This document shows positions 9,593-20,165 of a stretch of 64,000 nt of DNA, piece by piece. A program made the translations under genes and the position numbers. A model generated the notes under the pieces. The model made no database searches and had not been told where the DNA came from. It saw only the letters and a list, made by a program, of their open reading frames with translations. Source of the stretch: Candidatus Hydrothermales bacterium (lineage in GTDB: Bacteria > Hydrothermota > Hydrothermia > Hydrothermales > JAJRUZ01); NCBI GenBank assembly GCA_039630575.1, contig JBCNUW010000001.1, forward strand, positions 120,473 to 184,472, written 5' to 3'. The stretch's first letter is position 1. Each line of letters opens with the position of its first letter.

Positions 9593-10589
9593 ACATCTCC
9601 TCCATAATTTTTAAAAGTAATTTCTTAGTGTTATAGAGATCTTCTTTAAAAATTAAAGAAGCCTTTGAATGAATGTATCTACAGGGAATAGCCATCACCA
9701 GAGTCTTTACACCTCTATTTGTCAAAGAAACTGGTCCACCGTCTGTCGAGCCAGTAAAGGGGATTTTCCATTGAAATTTTATGTTATTTTTAAAGGCAGC
9801 CCTTTCAACATAATTTATTAAAACTTCATTTACTATTAGAGATTTATCCATTTTGGTTATTACAGGGCCATATCCCAACTTAGGGTAATACTCCTCCTCA
9901 GGGTGATAAGGTTCAAAAGCAAAAGTACCCTCGATAATAAAAGCAAGATCAAAATTTCTTCTTGATGATGAAACTCTTGCTCCTAATAAACCTGTCTCCT
10001 CTTGAACTGTAAAAACAAAATTTGTATCAAAAGGTATCTCTTCATCAAGAATTAAAGAAAGCACCAGAGCTGTTCCTGCTCGGTTGTCAAAAGATTTTCC
10101 TTTATAAACTTCCTTTCCAATCTCCTCGAATTTTGTCATAAAAACACCTTCTTCACCTATGTCAACTCTACTCTTTGCTTCTTCGCTTGAATAGGCTCCT
10201 ATATCTATTACGAGATTTTTGAAACTGTATTCAATCTGCTTTTTTCTATGAGGAGGAAGACTTATAACTATACCTTTAGTACCATTTAAGAAAATAATTT
10301 CATTACCAGGTAAAATCTCCGCATCTAAGCCACCTATTGGTCTAAACTTAAGGTAGCCATCAGAGGTATATCCTGTTACTATAACACCTACTTCATCAAT
10401 ATGAGCCATTACACAAACGTTTAATTTGATTTCCGCTTTTCCTCTTTTAAACACATAGAGGTTCCCAAAAAAATCTTCTTCATAAAAAATTCCTTTTTCT
10501 TCGAGTTTTGATTTAATATAGTCCTTTACCTCATCTTCTCTTCCTGAGGGTCCTTTAAGTTCTGATAATTCTTTTAAATATTCTATCAT
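9564..10589 (-). CDS. M42 family aminopeptidase (tandem paralog)
   Basis: GPSGRE, AHIDEVG, FDNRAG, QEETGLLGA, RYIHS. Confidence 0.9.
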   Translation of the reverse strand: MIEYLKELSELKGPSGREDEVKDYIKSKLEEKGIFYEEDFFGNLYVFKRGKAEIKLNVCVMAHIDEVGVIVTGYTSDGYLKFRPIGGLDAEILPGNEIIFLNGTKGIVISLPPHRKKQIEYSFKNLVIDIGAYSSEEAKSRVDIGEEGVFMTKFEEIGKEVYKGKSFDNRAGTALVLSLILDEEIPFDTNFVFTVQEETGLLGARVSSSRRNFDLAFIIEGTFAFEPYHPEEEYYPKLGYGPVITKMDKSLIVNEVLINYVERAAFKNNIKFQWKIPFTGSTDGGPVSLTNRGVKTLVMAIPCRYIHSKASLIFKEDLYNTKKLLLKIMEEMYGEDFKGIM

Positions 10590-13465
10590 TTTATTCCCAT
10601 GGAGTTTTTGAGAGAGTCTATTTTATTCTTTACAAAATCAGGCAAATTTTTGATTCTTTCAACAAGTTTAAGAACATTTTTAAAGTTAACAGTATCTTTT
10701 TTTAAGTAATAGAGAGTAAGAAGATCCAAAACCAAAAAAGGATCAGCATACCTAAGGCTTAAAGCTTTGTTAAAGTTTTCTTCAGCCTTATCTAACTGTC
10801 CCATTCCAAGATAACTTTCACCCATTACTCTAAAGATTTCTGGGAATTGGGCTTCTTTTAAAGCGTCTTGTGCCTTAATTAAAGCCTTTTCAAACATACC
10901 AGCACGATTATATAGATCTGCTAATGTTAATTTTACAGCTAACCAAGCCCTTTTTTCGTCTGGTTCATCTCCCTTTATATCTCCCTCAAAAAGCTCAGAA
11001 AACTCAAATTCTTTTATTGCCTTTTCTAAATCACCTACAGACTGATAATAAAGTCCAAGAACTATTGCTAAGGATCTATACTGAGCAAGTAGCCTATCGT
11101 GTGTTAAATCCTTAAAAACACTTTCATCCTTTTTTCCATTTTTTATTATTCCCCTATATCTAAATTTTTTATGCAAATATTCCTCAGTTTTTTTAACATC
11201 CATCCCAGTTCCAAAAGGAGAATTTATTTCCTGTTTTATTGGTGTTACTCTGTATACCATTCCTTCAAGTAAAAGGTAGTCTGTATAGTCTTTGTATGCT
11301 TTTCTCTCACAAGTCATCGAAAAAAATAAAGGTGGGGTAGGATTTTTATTTTTACCCTTTTCTAAAACTTCTCTCATAAATTCTTCACCACTTAGAAGAA
11401 ATATTTCAGGTATTTGGACTCCAGTTGGTAAGGTTTTTGTCTTTGTATCCTTGCCAAATTCATAGCCAAAAACTCCAGCAATTATATCTCTTATCATAAT
11501 ATCTCTTATTAAAACTATCCCTCTTTCTGTCCTAAAAGGAACAAGTTTTTTTATCTCATCATCTGAAAAATGAATTGGAACCCCCCATCTTTTGAGTTGT
11601 ATGTTATACCAATCTGTATTCAAAAGAGAAAGATTAGCAACGATCACATTTTTTTTGTATCCAAATATATTCTGTAAAGCCCATAGGGGAAAAGTATCAT
11701 TGTCACCATTTGTAAAAACTATTCCACCATCATCAACACAAGAAAGAAGATTGTAAGAATAATCCTCTGCTATATAATTTGAACTTCTATCGACCTTATG
11801 ATAAAAGGCGCTAATTTGCCATATGGGTATTAAAAGCGAAAAAATTATAAAAATATACCTAAAATAAGGTAGAAATTTTTCTTTTAAATTTTCAAAGGTT
11901 AACCTGATAACTTCAAAGAATCCAAAACCAGCATATAGGCCAAAAATGAAGTAGCCTGGAATAAAAAAATAATCTCTGTCTCTCACTTCTGTAGGAATTG
12001 AGCCCAAAAGCTGTAGAAAATTTTGATTATTTGGATCGAAAATTGAAATAACTTCTCTAATTCTTGGAGAAAACAGAATTTTTGGAAACTGTTTAATAAA
12101 ATCAAGAAAAGTTATGAGGGTAGAAGGATAATTTAAATTAAGTTGAACAATAAGTCCAAAAGTGCCCATTATAAGGGCACCTCCAAATAAAACAAAACTT
12201 TTAATATCAGAGTATAGATGAGCTATTATTCCTAAAATTCCTAAAATTACAATAAGAGGTATAAATTGGAAAGAAAAGTAATACAAAAATCCCCAGATCT
12301 GGTCTATAAAAGCCCAAAATTGATTATAAACAGGAACTGAGATAAATTCTCCCTCTCTTACATTACTTGTTCTTCGTGGGAAAACATTCATAGGTTCGTA
12401 CTGCTTTCTAGACAAAACATCCCAAAAAGCTTGCCAGGTTTTAGGCTCTACTTGATTTATTGGAATATCAAACCTAGATCTTATCAGAAGATAAGCCTCA
12501 GGAGTGACTCCTAAAAGAATCATTAAAAGTGTGAATCCCCTTGCATCTATGTAAAGTTTTACATAGAGGAAAAATATAATAAATGTTAAAAGTGCTGAAA
12601 TAAAAATTAATATTTTCCAGTGATTAAATATGGAAATAAAAGAAATAAGTGCTAAAATAAAGTAAATTAGATCAAAAGAGTTAAAAAGAAACTTTCTGTT
12701 GTGTTTTTCCCATAAACTTAAATAGGTTAAAGTATAACCTAAAAATAAAAAAACTATTAAAGCTCTAAAACTAAAAGGTTCATAAGTCGCTCTTAATGCA
12801 CCTATAAAAAGAAAGAGGAAACCTAAGGAAGAAAAAAATTGTACATTTAAAATTTCTTCTTTCTTAACGAAAATTATAAACAAAATCAAAACAGGTACTA
12901 TAATTAATGACAAAAGATGTATACCTGAACTTAAAGATAGAAAATAAAAGGCAGTAATTATATACCTTAAAGAATCCTTCTTATCCTTTCTTTCCCACCA
13001 TGTATATAGAAAGTAAACTGAAAGGATTATAAAAAATGTTGAAGGCATGTAAGTTTCTGCTTCAATACTACTCCACCAAGTTGTAAAAGCAAAAGGTGCA
13101 CATATTGATCCCATGAAGGCTGAAAATTGAATTAAAATATCAGGAACTTTCTTGGAGACTCTGTTTAAAATCTTATATAAAAGCAAATAACCTAATGCAG
13201 ATGAAAAAGCACCAGAGAGAATAGAGATAAGTGTGATTTTTTGAACTGTATTTAAAAATGGTACAGGAAGTAAAGCAAAAAACCTTCCAACAATAACATA
13301 AAGAGGTGTTCCCGGAGGATGAGGAATACCTAAAATATAGGAAGTTGCTAAAAATTCTCCTACATCCCAGAAAACAATTGTGGGAGCTGTTGTTTTAAGG
13401 TAAATTAAAAAAGTAATTAAAAAAGAAAAGAAGAAAAATACCTTAGTTAATTTCCTACTTTCCAT
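10586..13465 (-). CDS. DUF2723 / TMEM260-like membrane glycosyltransferase with C-terminal TPR repeats
   Basis: APTIVFWDVGEF, GIPHPPGTPLY, EAETY, EVRDRDYFF, FTNGDNDTFPLW, VANLSLLNTDWY; TPR-like tail. Start moved to ATG 13465 (MESRKL) to reduce overlap with ppdK. Confidence 0.85.
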   Translation of the reverse strand: MESRKLTKVFFFFSFLITFLIYLKTTAPTIVFWDVGEFLATSYILGIPHPPGTPLYVIVGRFFALLPVPFLNTVQKITLISILSGAFSSALGYLLLYKILNRVSKKVPDILIQFSAFMGSICAPFAFTTWWSSIEAETYMPSTFFIILSVYFLYTWWERKDKKDSLRYIITAFYFLSLSSGIHLLSLIIVPVLILFIIFVKKEEILNVQFFSSLGFLFLFIGALRATYEPFSFRALIVFLFLGYTLTYLSLWEKHNRKFLFNSFDLIYFILALISFISIFNHWKILIFISALLTFIIFFLYVKLYIDARGFTLLMILLGVTPEAYLLIRSRFDIPINQVEPKTWQAFWDVLSRKQYEPMNVFPRRTSNVREGEFISVPVYNQFWAFIDQIWGFLYYFSFQFIPLIVILGILGIIAHLYSDIKSFVLFGGALIMGTFGLIVQLNLNYPSTLITFLDFIKQFPKILFSPRIREVISIFDPNNQNFLQLLGSIPTEVRDRDYFFIPGYFIFGLYAGFGFFEVIRLTFENLKEKFLPYFRYIFIIFSLLIPIWQISAFYHKVDRSSNYIAEDYSYNLLSCVDDGGIVFTNGDNDTFPLWALQNIFGYKKNVIVANLSLLNTDWYNIQLKRWGVPIHFSDDEIKKLVPFRTERGIVLIRDIMIRDIIAGVFGYEFGKDTKTKTLPTGVQIPEIFLLSGEEFMREVLEKGKNKNPTPPLFFSMTCERKAYKDYTDYLLLEGMVYRVTPIKQEINSPFGTGMDVKKTEEYLHKKFRYRGIIKNGKKDESVFKDLTHDRLLAQYRSLAIVLGLYYQSVGDLEKAIKEFEFSELFEGDIKGDEPDEKRAWLAVKLTLADLYNRAGMFEKALIKAQDALKEAQFPEIFRVMGESYLGMGQLDKAEENFNKALSLRYADPFLVLDLLTLYYLKKDTVNFKNVLKLVERIKNLPDFVKNKIDSLKNSMGIK

Positions 13466-16109
13466 AATGTTCTTCCATTTCACCTTCTTCTTCAATCTGT
13501 GCGTGGGCAGCAGCTATTCTTGCTATAGGTACTCTAAAAGGTGAACAGGAAACATAATCAAGACCTATTTTATGACAGAATTTAATTGACTCGGGGTCAC
13601 CACCGTGTTCTCCACATATTCCAATTTTTAAGTTAGGGTTAGACTTTCTTCCCTTTTTAACAGCAGTTTTCATTAAATCACCGACTCCTTTTTGATCAAT
13701 TGTTTTAAAAGGATCATCTTTTAAAATTCCTTTTTCAATGTAGTAGTGAAGGAATTTACCAATATCGTCTCTTGAAAAACCATAGACTGTTTGAGTGAGA
13801 TCATTTGTTCCAAAAGAGAAGAACTCTGCTACTTTTGCTATCTCACCTGCTGTTACACATGCTCTTGGCAGCTCTATCATCGTTCCAACTTTATAATCAA
13901 TTTTTATACCCTCCTTTTCCATAACTTCCTTTGCTACCCTATCGACTATCTCCTTCTGTAAATCTAGTTCATCCTTTATTCCCACGAGGGGTATCATAAT
14001 CTCTGGAATTGCTTTTATTCCCTCTTTTATAGCCTTTGTAGCAGCCTCAAAAATTGCTCTTGCCTGCATTTCTGTGATCTCTGGATATGTAATTCCGAGT
14101 CTACATCCTCTATGACCAAGCATCGGGTTCATTTCTTTAAGAGTTTCTGTAATCTTTTTAATCTCCTCTACACTTTTTCCTGTTCTTTGGGATAATTTCT
14201 TCATTGATTCCTCATCTTTTGGTAAAAATTCATGAAGGGGTGGATCAAGAGTTCTAATTGTCACAGGATAACCATCCATTTCTTTAAAAATTAAATAAAA
14301 ATCTTCTCTTTGAAGAGGCAAAAGTTTTTGAAGAGCTTTCCTCCTCTCCTCTTCTGTTTCTGCAAGGATCATTTCTTGCATTATATATATTCTTTCCCCC
14401 TCAAAAAACATGTGTTCAGTTCTACATAAACCAATACCTTGAGCTCCAAATTCCCTTGCTTTTCTTGCATCTTGGGGTGTATCGGCGTTGGCTCTAACAC
14501 CTAACTTCCTCACTCTGTCTGCAAAGTTCAGTAGTTCTGTAAACTCTGGGAATATTTCCGGTTGGATCAATTCAGCTTTCCCAACATAGACCTTACCTGT
14601 ATTACCATCAATACTTATAAAATCACCTTCATTTAAAATCTTCCCATTAACTTCTAAAATTTTTTTATGCTCATCTATATGAAGCATTTCACAACCAACA
14701 ACACAAGGTTTTCCCATCCCTCTTGCCACTACAGCAGCATGGGAGGTCATTCCTCCTCTTGCTGTTAAAATACCCTTTGCTTTTACCATACCATGAATAT
14801 CATCAGGAGAGGTTTCAAGTCTTACAAGTATTACAGGCTCACCCATTTCAGCTCTTTTAAGTGCCTCATCTGCTGTAAAATAAATTTTTCCAACTGCTGC
14901 ACCAGGAGATGCCGGAAGACCAACTGCTATAGGTGTATTTCTTTTCTCAAAGTCATTAGAAATCTGTGGATGTAAGAGTTTTTCTATATCCTCAGATGAA
15001 ACCCTTTTGAGTGCGGTTTTCTCATCAATTATTCCCTCCTTTACCATACTTACAGCAATTTTAACAGCTGCCTTTGGAGTCCTCTTTCCAACCCTTGTTT
15101 GTAGAAAGTAAACCTTTCCTCTTTCTACTGTAAATTCCATATCCTGGATATCTTTATAGTGTCTTTCAAGTTTTTCAAAAATATTTACTAGTTGCTCATA
15201 AATTGTTGGATTCTTTAACTTTAATTCCGAAAGAGGTAAAGGAGTCCTAATTCCAGCTACTACATCCTCACCTTGAGCATTGAATAGAAACTCACCGAAA
15301 ACTTCCTTTTCTCCTGTTGAAGGGTTCCTTGAAAAGGCAACCCCTGTTCCTGAATCTTCTCCCATGTTCCCAAAAACCATAGCCTGAACATTACAGGCTG
15401 TTCCCCAACTGTCTGGAATTTTATAAATTCTTCTATACTCAACTGCTCTTTTGTTATTCCAAGATTCAAACACTGCTATTATAGCCTTCCATAACTGTTC
15501 TTTTGGATCTTGAGGAAATTCAATATTTTTCTCATTTCTAACAATATCTTTAAATTTTTCTATAATTTCCTTTAAATCATTCTCATCTAATTCATAATCA
15601 TATTTAATACCCTTCTCTTTCTTTTTATGCTCAAGCACTTCTTCAAACTTCCTTCTCTCAATACCTAACACAATATCTGAAAACATCATTATGAATCTTC
15701 GGTAAGAATCATAGGCAAATCTAAAATTACCTGTTACGTTTCCAAGACCCAAAACAGTTTGGTCATTCAGCCCTAGATTCAAAACCGTATCCATCATTCC
15801 AGGCATAGAAGCTCTGGCTCCTGATCTTACAGATACAAGAAGTGGGTTTTTAGGGTCTCCAAACTTTTTGCCGGTTCTTTCTTCAAGTAACTTAAGAGCT
15901 TTTTCTACTTCTTTTATAAGTCCTTTAGGTAAAGTTTTCTTTTTAAAATAATATACACAAGCTTCAGTTGAAATAGTAAAACCAGGTGGAACATTTATAC
16001 CTATTCTTGCCATCTCATGAAGATTTGCCCCCTTCCCTCCTAATAGATCTTTCATGTTTGCATTACCCTCAGCCTTATTTTCCCCAAAAGAGTAAACATA
16101 TTTTTTCAT
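13455..16109 (-). CDS. ppdK: Pyruvate, phosphate dikinase
   Basis: LLGGKGANL, PLLVSVRSGARASMPGMMDT, GGMTSHAAVVARG, GIGLCRTEHMF, FFSFGTNDLTQ, GICGEHGGDP. Confidence 0.98.
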   Translation of the reverse strand: MKKYVYSFGENKAEGNANMKDLLGGKGANLHEMARIGINVPPGFTISTEACVYYFKKKTLPKGLIKEVEKALKLLEERTGKKFGDPKNPLLVSVRSGARASMPGMMDTVLNLGLNDQTVLGLGNVTGNFRFAYDSYRRFIMMFSDIVLGIERRKFEEVLEHKKKEKGIKYDYELDENDLKEIIEKFKDIVRNEKNIEFPQDPKEQLWKAIIAVFESWNNKRAVEYRRIYKIPDSWGTACNVQAMVFGNMGEDSGTGVAFSRNPSTGEKEVFGEFLFNAQGEDVVAGIRTPLPLSELKLKNPTIYEQLVNIFEKLERHYKDIQDMEFTVERGKVYFLQTRVGKRTPKAAVKIAVSMVKEGIIDEKTALKRVSSEDIEKLLHPQISNDFEKRNTPIAVGLPASPGAAVGKIYFTADEALKRAEMGEPVILVRLETSPDDIHGMVKAKGILTARGGMTSHAAVVARGMGKPCVVGCEMLHIDEHKKILEVNGKILNEGDFISIDGNTGKVYVGKAELIQPEIFPEFTELLNFADRVRKLGVRANADTPQDARKAREFGAQGIGLCRTEHMFFEGERIYIMQEMILAETEEERRKALQKLLPLQREDFYLIFKEMDGYPVTIRTLDPPLHEFLPKDEESMKKLSQRTGKSVEEIKKITETLKEMNPMLGHRGCRLGITYPEITEMQARAIFEAATKAIKEGIKAIPEIMIPLVGIKDELDLQKEIVDRVAKEVMEKEGIKIDYKVGTMIELPRACVTAGEIAKVAEFFSFGTNDLTQTVYGFSRDDIGKFLHYYIEKGILKDDPFKTIDQKGVGDLMKTAVKKGRKSNPNLKIGICGEHGGDPESIKFCHKIGLDYVSCSPFRVPIARIAAAHAQIEEEGEMEEHYGK

Positions 16110-16139
16110 CTTAAATAAATTTTTATATAAAATTTATGA

Positions 16140-16150
16140 GGAATTGAACC
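16140..16150 (-). promoter_or_regulatory. T-loop-like leader motif GGTTCAATTCC upstream of ppdK
   Basis: One of four near-identical intergenic copies; ends 30 nt before the ATG, on the sense strand. Confidence 0.6.
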
Positions 16151-16202
16151 CTATTACTTAAACTTATTACTCAAAAATTAAAGTTAATTTTAAAATGATT
16201 TA

Positions 16203-17075
16203 TTAAATAAATTCAAATCTATTTTTCCCTTTTTTCTTAGCTTTTAAAAGTGCTTTGTCCGCTCTGTTTATAAAGTATTCAAAATTATCTATGTTATCAC
16301 AAAGTGTGATCCCAATTGACACAGTGATCTTTTTTCCTATTTCCTTTTCTGATTTGTTACTTATTCTAAAAAGCAGATCTTCTGCAATTTTTATAACTTC
16401 ATTTTTTGTAATATCAGGTAAAACTATAAGGAACTCCTCACCTCCCCACCTCACAACAAATCCCCTGTCCTCTAATTCTCTTAAAATTTTAGAAATAAAA
16501 ACTATTAACATATCACCTGTTTCGTGTCCGTAGACATCGTTAAACTTTTTAAAATTGTCAATATCCAAAAGGAAAATATAACTTTCCCTTGCCTTTTTAA
16601 GTAAATTTTTTATTACTTGGTAAAAGGCTCTTCTGTTGTGAAGTCCAGACAATTCATCCTTTAAAGCAATTTCTTCAAGTTTTAAAATTTTTTCTCTATC
16701 ATCCTTTGTTAAAAGGGAAAGTCTTTTAGCAATATTCAACAATTCTCTTGTACTTTCATCAACCCCAAAATCTTCAGTGGTCAATATAATATTATAAATT
16801 CCTACACTGATCTCATCACCTATATTTAACTTCTCTTTTTTTATTCTATGACCATTTAAAAAAGTACCGTTTTTACTTCCCATATCTTCTATGAAAAGAT
16901 CATCATCTTCAATAAAAATTTTAAAATGCCTCCTTGAAACAAGATTATCATCAAGGACTAAATCATTTTCAGGGCTTCTTCCTACTAAAATTTCAATCTT
17001 TTTTATAGTAAACACTCGTAGGATCTCATTTCCCTTTTTTACGACTAAATTTAAATTTTTTTTATCCTTTAACAA
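16203..17075 (-). CDS. FHA domain-containing diguanylate cyclase
   Basis: FHA motifs VGRS, VSRRH, GSKNGT; cyclase motifs DELSGLHNRR, DIDNFKKFNDVYGH, RWGGEEF. Confidence 0.9.
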   Translation of the reverse strand: MLKDKKNLNLVVKKGNEILRVFTIKKIEILVGRSPENDLVLDDNLVSRRHFKIFIEDDDLFIEDMGSKNGTFLNGHRIKKEKLNIGDEISVGIYNIILTTEDFGVDESTRELLNIAKRLSLLTKDDREKILKLEEIALKDELSGLHNRRAFYQVIKNLLKKARESYIFLLDIDNFKKFNDVYGHETGDMLIVFISKILRELEDRGFVVRWGGEEFLIVLPDITKNEVIKIAEDLLFRISNKSEKEIGKKITVSIGITLCDNIDNFEYFINRADKALLKAKKKGKNRFEFI

Positions 17076-18519
17076 CTCCTAAAGGTGTCAATTTTGCTAC
17101 TTTTTTCGATATCTGTGCTCTATGCACCACATCTACCACAAGATCAAGATTTTTATATGCATCTGGTATCTCTTCTTCCATAGTATCCCTTGAAGCAGCC
17201 CTTACTCTTACTCCAACTTTTAAAAGTTCACCTTGTATATCTCTGCCTTTGGCAGCTTTTATCGCAGCTGCTCTTGAGAGAACTCTTCCAGCACCATGAC
17301 AAGTAGAACCGAAAGACTTCTCCATAGCTTTTTGTGTACCAACAAGTATGTATGAACCTGTTCCCATACTTCCTGGGATCAAAACAGGTTGCCCAACATC
17401 TTTATAAACCCCTGGAATTTCTGGATGACCAGGAGGAAATGCTCTTGTAGCTCCCTTCCTATGTACCCAAACCCATCTCTCTTTTCCTTCAACTGTATGT
17501 TTTTCCCTTTTTGCAATATTATGGGCAACATCATATATCATATCTATACCAAGTTCAATAGAACTTTTTCCCAAAACTTTCTCAAAACTCTCCCTTACCC
17601 AATGAGTAATCATTTGTCTATTACACCATGCAAAATTTGCTGCTGCATTCATAGCTTTAATATAGTCTTGAGCCTCCCTGGAGGTAATCGGTGCACATGC
17701 AAGCTGATTATCAGGAAGTTCTATTCTATATTTTTTCATTGCACCCATCATGATTCTAATAAAATCGTCGGCAATTTGATGTCCGAATCCTCTTGAACCA
17801 CAATGTATCATGATGCAAATTTGACCTAAAAATAAATTCATCTTTTTTGCTGTCTCCTCATCAAAAATTTTATCAACTACCTGTAACTCAAGGAAATGAT
17901 TACCTGAACCAAGTGTACCCAATTGAGGCATCCCTCTTTCTCTTGCTTTATTAGATACAGGCTCTGTTCCTGCTCCATCTAAAGAACCATAAGACTCTGT
18001 TCTTTTCAGATCCTCTTCTGTTCCAAATCCTTTCTTAACAGCCCATTTTGCTCCCTGAATCATCACATCCTCTAAATCTCTTTCACTTATTCTTATTTTC
18101 CCTTTTGCTCCTACACCTGATGGAATATTGTAAAATAAAGCATCTAACAATTTGTCAATATACTTTATAACTTCCTCTTTTTTTAAGTTTGTCCTTAAAA
18201 CTCTTACACCACAGTTTATATCATAGCCTACACCACCTGGTGAGATTACCCCTTCTTTTTCATCCATTGCAGCAACACCACCAATAGGGAATCCGTACCC
18301 CCAGTGTATATCTGGCATAGCAAGAGAAGCTTTAATAATACCTGGTAAAAAAGCAACGTTTGCTACCTGTTCAGGTGCTTTATCTTGAATAATACTTTCC
18401 ATAAGCTCTTTTGTTGCAAAAATTATACCAGGAACCCTCATACCTTTTTTATAAGTTTTTGGTATTTCAAAAGTTACCTCATCAATTTGATTTAAAGGTC
18501 CATTCCATACTTCAGACAT
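17062..18519 (-). CDS. rtcB: RNA ligase RtcB (long, archaeal/thermophile-like form)
   Basis: MPDIHWGYGFPIGG, GYDINCG, GTLGSGNHFLE, HRKGATRAF, STCHGAGR; strong SD AGGAGGT. Confidence 0.96.
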   Translation of the reverse strand: MSEVWNGPLNQIDEVTFEIPKTYKKGMRVPGIIFATKELMESIIQDKAPEQVANVAFLPGIIKASLAMPDIHWGYGFPIGGVAAMDEKEGVISPGGVGYDINCGVRVLRTNLKKEEVIKYIDKLLDALFYNIPSGVGAKGKIRISERDLEDVMIQGAKWAVKKGFGTEEDLKRTESYGSLDGAGTEPVSNKARERGMPQLGTLGSGNHFLELQVVDKIFDEETAKKMNLFLGQICIMIHCGSRGFGHQIADDFIRIMMGAMKKYRIELPDNQLACAPITSREAQDYIKAMNAAANFAWCNRQMITHWVRESFEKVLGKSSIELGIDMIYDVAHNIAKREKHTVEGKERWVWVHRKGATRAFPPGHPEIPGVYKDVGQPVLIPGSMGTGSYILVGTQKAMEKSFGSTCHGAGRVLSRAAAIKAAKGRDIQGELLKVGVRVRAASRDTMEEEIPDAYKNLDLVVDVVHRAQISKKVAKLTPLGVVKG

Positions 18520-18552
18520 GTTTTACCTCCTTTGTTAAAAACTTATTATAAT

Positions 18553-19386
18553 CTATAATCTTGAAATTTTTAAAAGATAGTCAACAAATTCTTTTTCAAG
18601 TTCTTTATAATATGGAAAAACTTTAATACTAATTTTATTTATTGACTTTACAGGTTTAAGCTCAGTAGATGTACCAGTTAAAAAAACACCGTCTGCTTCA
18701 AATAAATCCCAGATCATAACCTTATTTTCAAAAACTAAGTATCCCTTATTTTTCAAAAACTCAATAAATCTTTTCCTTGTAACACCTGGTAAAATTCCAT
18801 TTAAAGAAGGTGTAAAAAAAACTTTGTCTTTGATATAAAAAATATTTGTAGAGGAACCCTCTTTTACAGATCCATCCTCATCAAAAAATAATGCCTCATC
18901 AAAGCCCTTTTGCTTAGCAAAGTATTTCACCATTACGTTTGGCAGTAAATTTGTAGTTTTCAAGTGAGCCCATTTCCATCTTATTTCAGGAAATAAAATT
19001 ATATTAAAATACTCAGGAATATGAGGAATATCTTGGCAAAAAACAACATAATTTGGTTTGGGTCTCTCTTTTACAAAATGTTCCCTTTCAACAGAACCTC
19101 CTGTAACCTGAATGTAAACAATACATTCCCTTTTTCCATATTGATTTGCAACATTCAAACAAATTTTTTTCCATTCATCCTTTTTTAAAGGATTCTCTAT
19201 TCTTAGTTCACTTAACCCTTTTTCCAATCTATCAATATGATCATCAAAACAGATAAGAATCCTGTCACAAAACCTTATCACTTCATAAACTGATTCACCA
19301 AAATTGAAACCCCTATCCTTTAGTAAATTATAGTAAACCTTAGATTTTACAAACCTACCGTTATAGAAAATTAACTTATTATCCAT
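18553..19386 (-). CDS. Class IV PLP-dependent aminotransferase (D-amino acid aminotransferase-like)
   Basis: DRGFNFGESVYEVIR, HLKTTNLL, EGSSTNIF, ILPGVTR. Confidence 0.85.
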   Translation of the reverse strand: MDNKLIFYNGRFVKSKVYYNLLKDRGFNFGESVYEVIRFCDRILICFDDHIDRLEKGLSELRIENPLKKDEWKKICLNVANQYGKRECIVYIQVTGGSVEREHFVKERPKPNYVVFCQDIPHIPEYFNIILFPEIRWKWAHLKTTNLLPNVMVKYFAKQKGFDEALFFDEDGSVKEGSSTNIFYIKDKVFFTPSLNGILPGVTRKRFIEFLKNKGYLVFENKVMIWDLFEADGVFLTGTSTELKPVKSINKISIKVFPYYKELEKEFVDYLLKISRL

Positions 19387-20165
19387 AAGGGATTTATCGG
19401 TATTGAGCCTTTACCTAACTCAACAGAGTTCTTTATTGCACCATAAATGAACTCTTTAGCTTTTTTTATTGAGTCTAAAACATCGTAACCTAAAGCAAGA
19501 TTTGCCGCAATACTTGCAGAAAAACTACAACCAGCTCCATGAAATTTTTTATTAACCATTACCTTTTCACTTTCCATAAGTACAAAGTCTTTACCATCAT
19601 ATACAACATCTATTGCCTTCTCTCCAAAATGTCCACCCTTTATTACAACGTATGATGGACCAAAATCTTTGATGATCTTAGCAGCTTTTTTTGCATCGTC
19701 GATACTTTCAACTTTAAAACCAGTAAAATTTTCTGCCTCATAACTGTTTGGAGTTACTACTAAAGCTAGTGGAAAAAGAGAATCAAGAAGTAGCTTTTTT
19801 GCTTCCTCTAAAAGCAATCTTTCACCTGAGCCTGCAAACACAACGGGATCTAAAACGTAATTTTTTAGTTTAAAAAAATTTATCCTATCAGCAACAACCT
19901 CTATTATTTCTTTTGAATAAAGCATACCAGTTTTAAAAGCACTTATCTTGAAATCTTCACAAACCATATCGATCTGATCCCTTACAACATTTGGGCTAAC
20001 CATCTGAATTGATTTTACTCCCTTTGTATTCTGGGAAGTAATTGCAGTAATAACTGAAAGACCAAAAGTTCTGTGAACAGCAAAAGTTTTAAGATCAACT
20101 TGAATGCCAGCACCACCTCCACTATCACTTCCAGCGATAGTTAGGACACAGGGAAACTTATTCAA
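19371..20165 (-). CDS. thiD: Hydroxymethylpyrimidine/phosphomethylpyrimidine kinase
   Basis: LTIAGSDSGGGAGIQ, KTGML, TPN, KGGH, HGAGC. Confidence 0.93.
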   Translation of the reverse strand: MNKFPCVLTIAGSDSGGGAGIQVDLKTFAVHRTFGLSVITAITSQNTKGVKSIQMVSPNVVRDQIDMVCEDFKISAFKTGMLYSKEIIEVVADRINFFKLKNYVLDPVVFAGSGERLLLEEAKKLLLDSLFPLALVVTPNSYEAENFTGFKVESIDDAKKAAKIIKDFGPSYVVIKGGHFGEKAIDVVYDGKDFVLMESEKVMVNKKFHGAGCSFSASIAANLALGYDVLDSIKKAKEFIYGAIKNSVELGKGSIPINPLWIIS

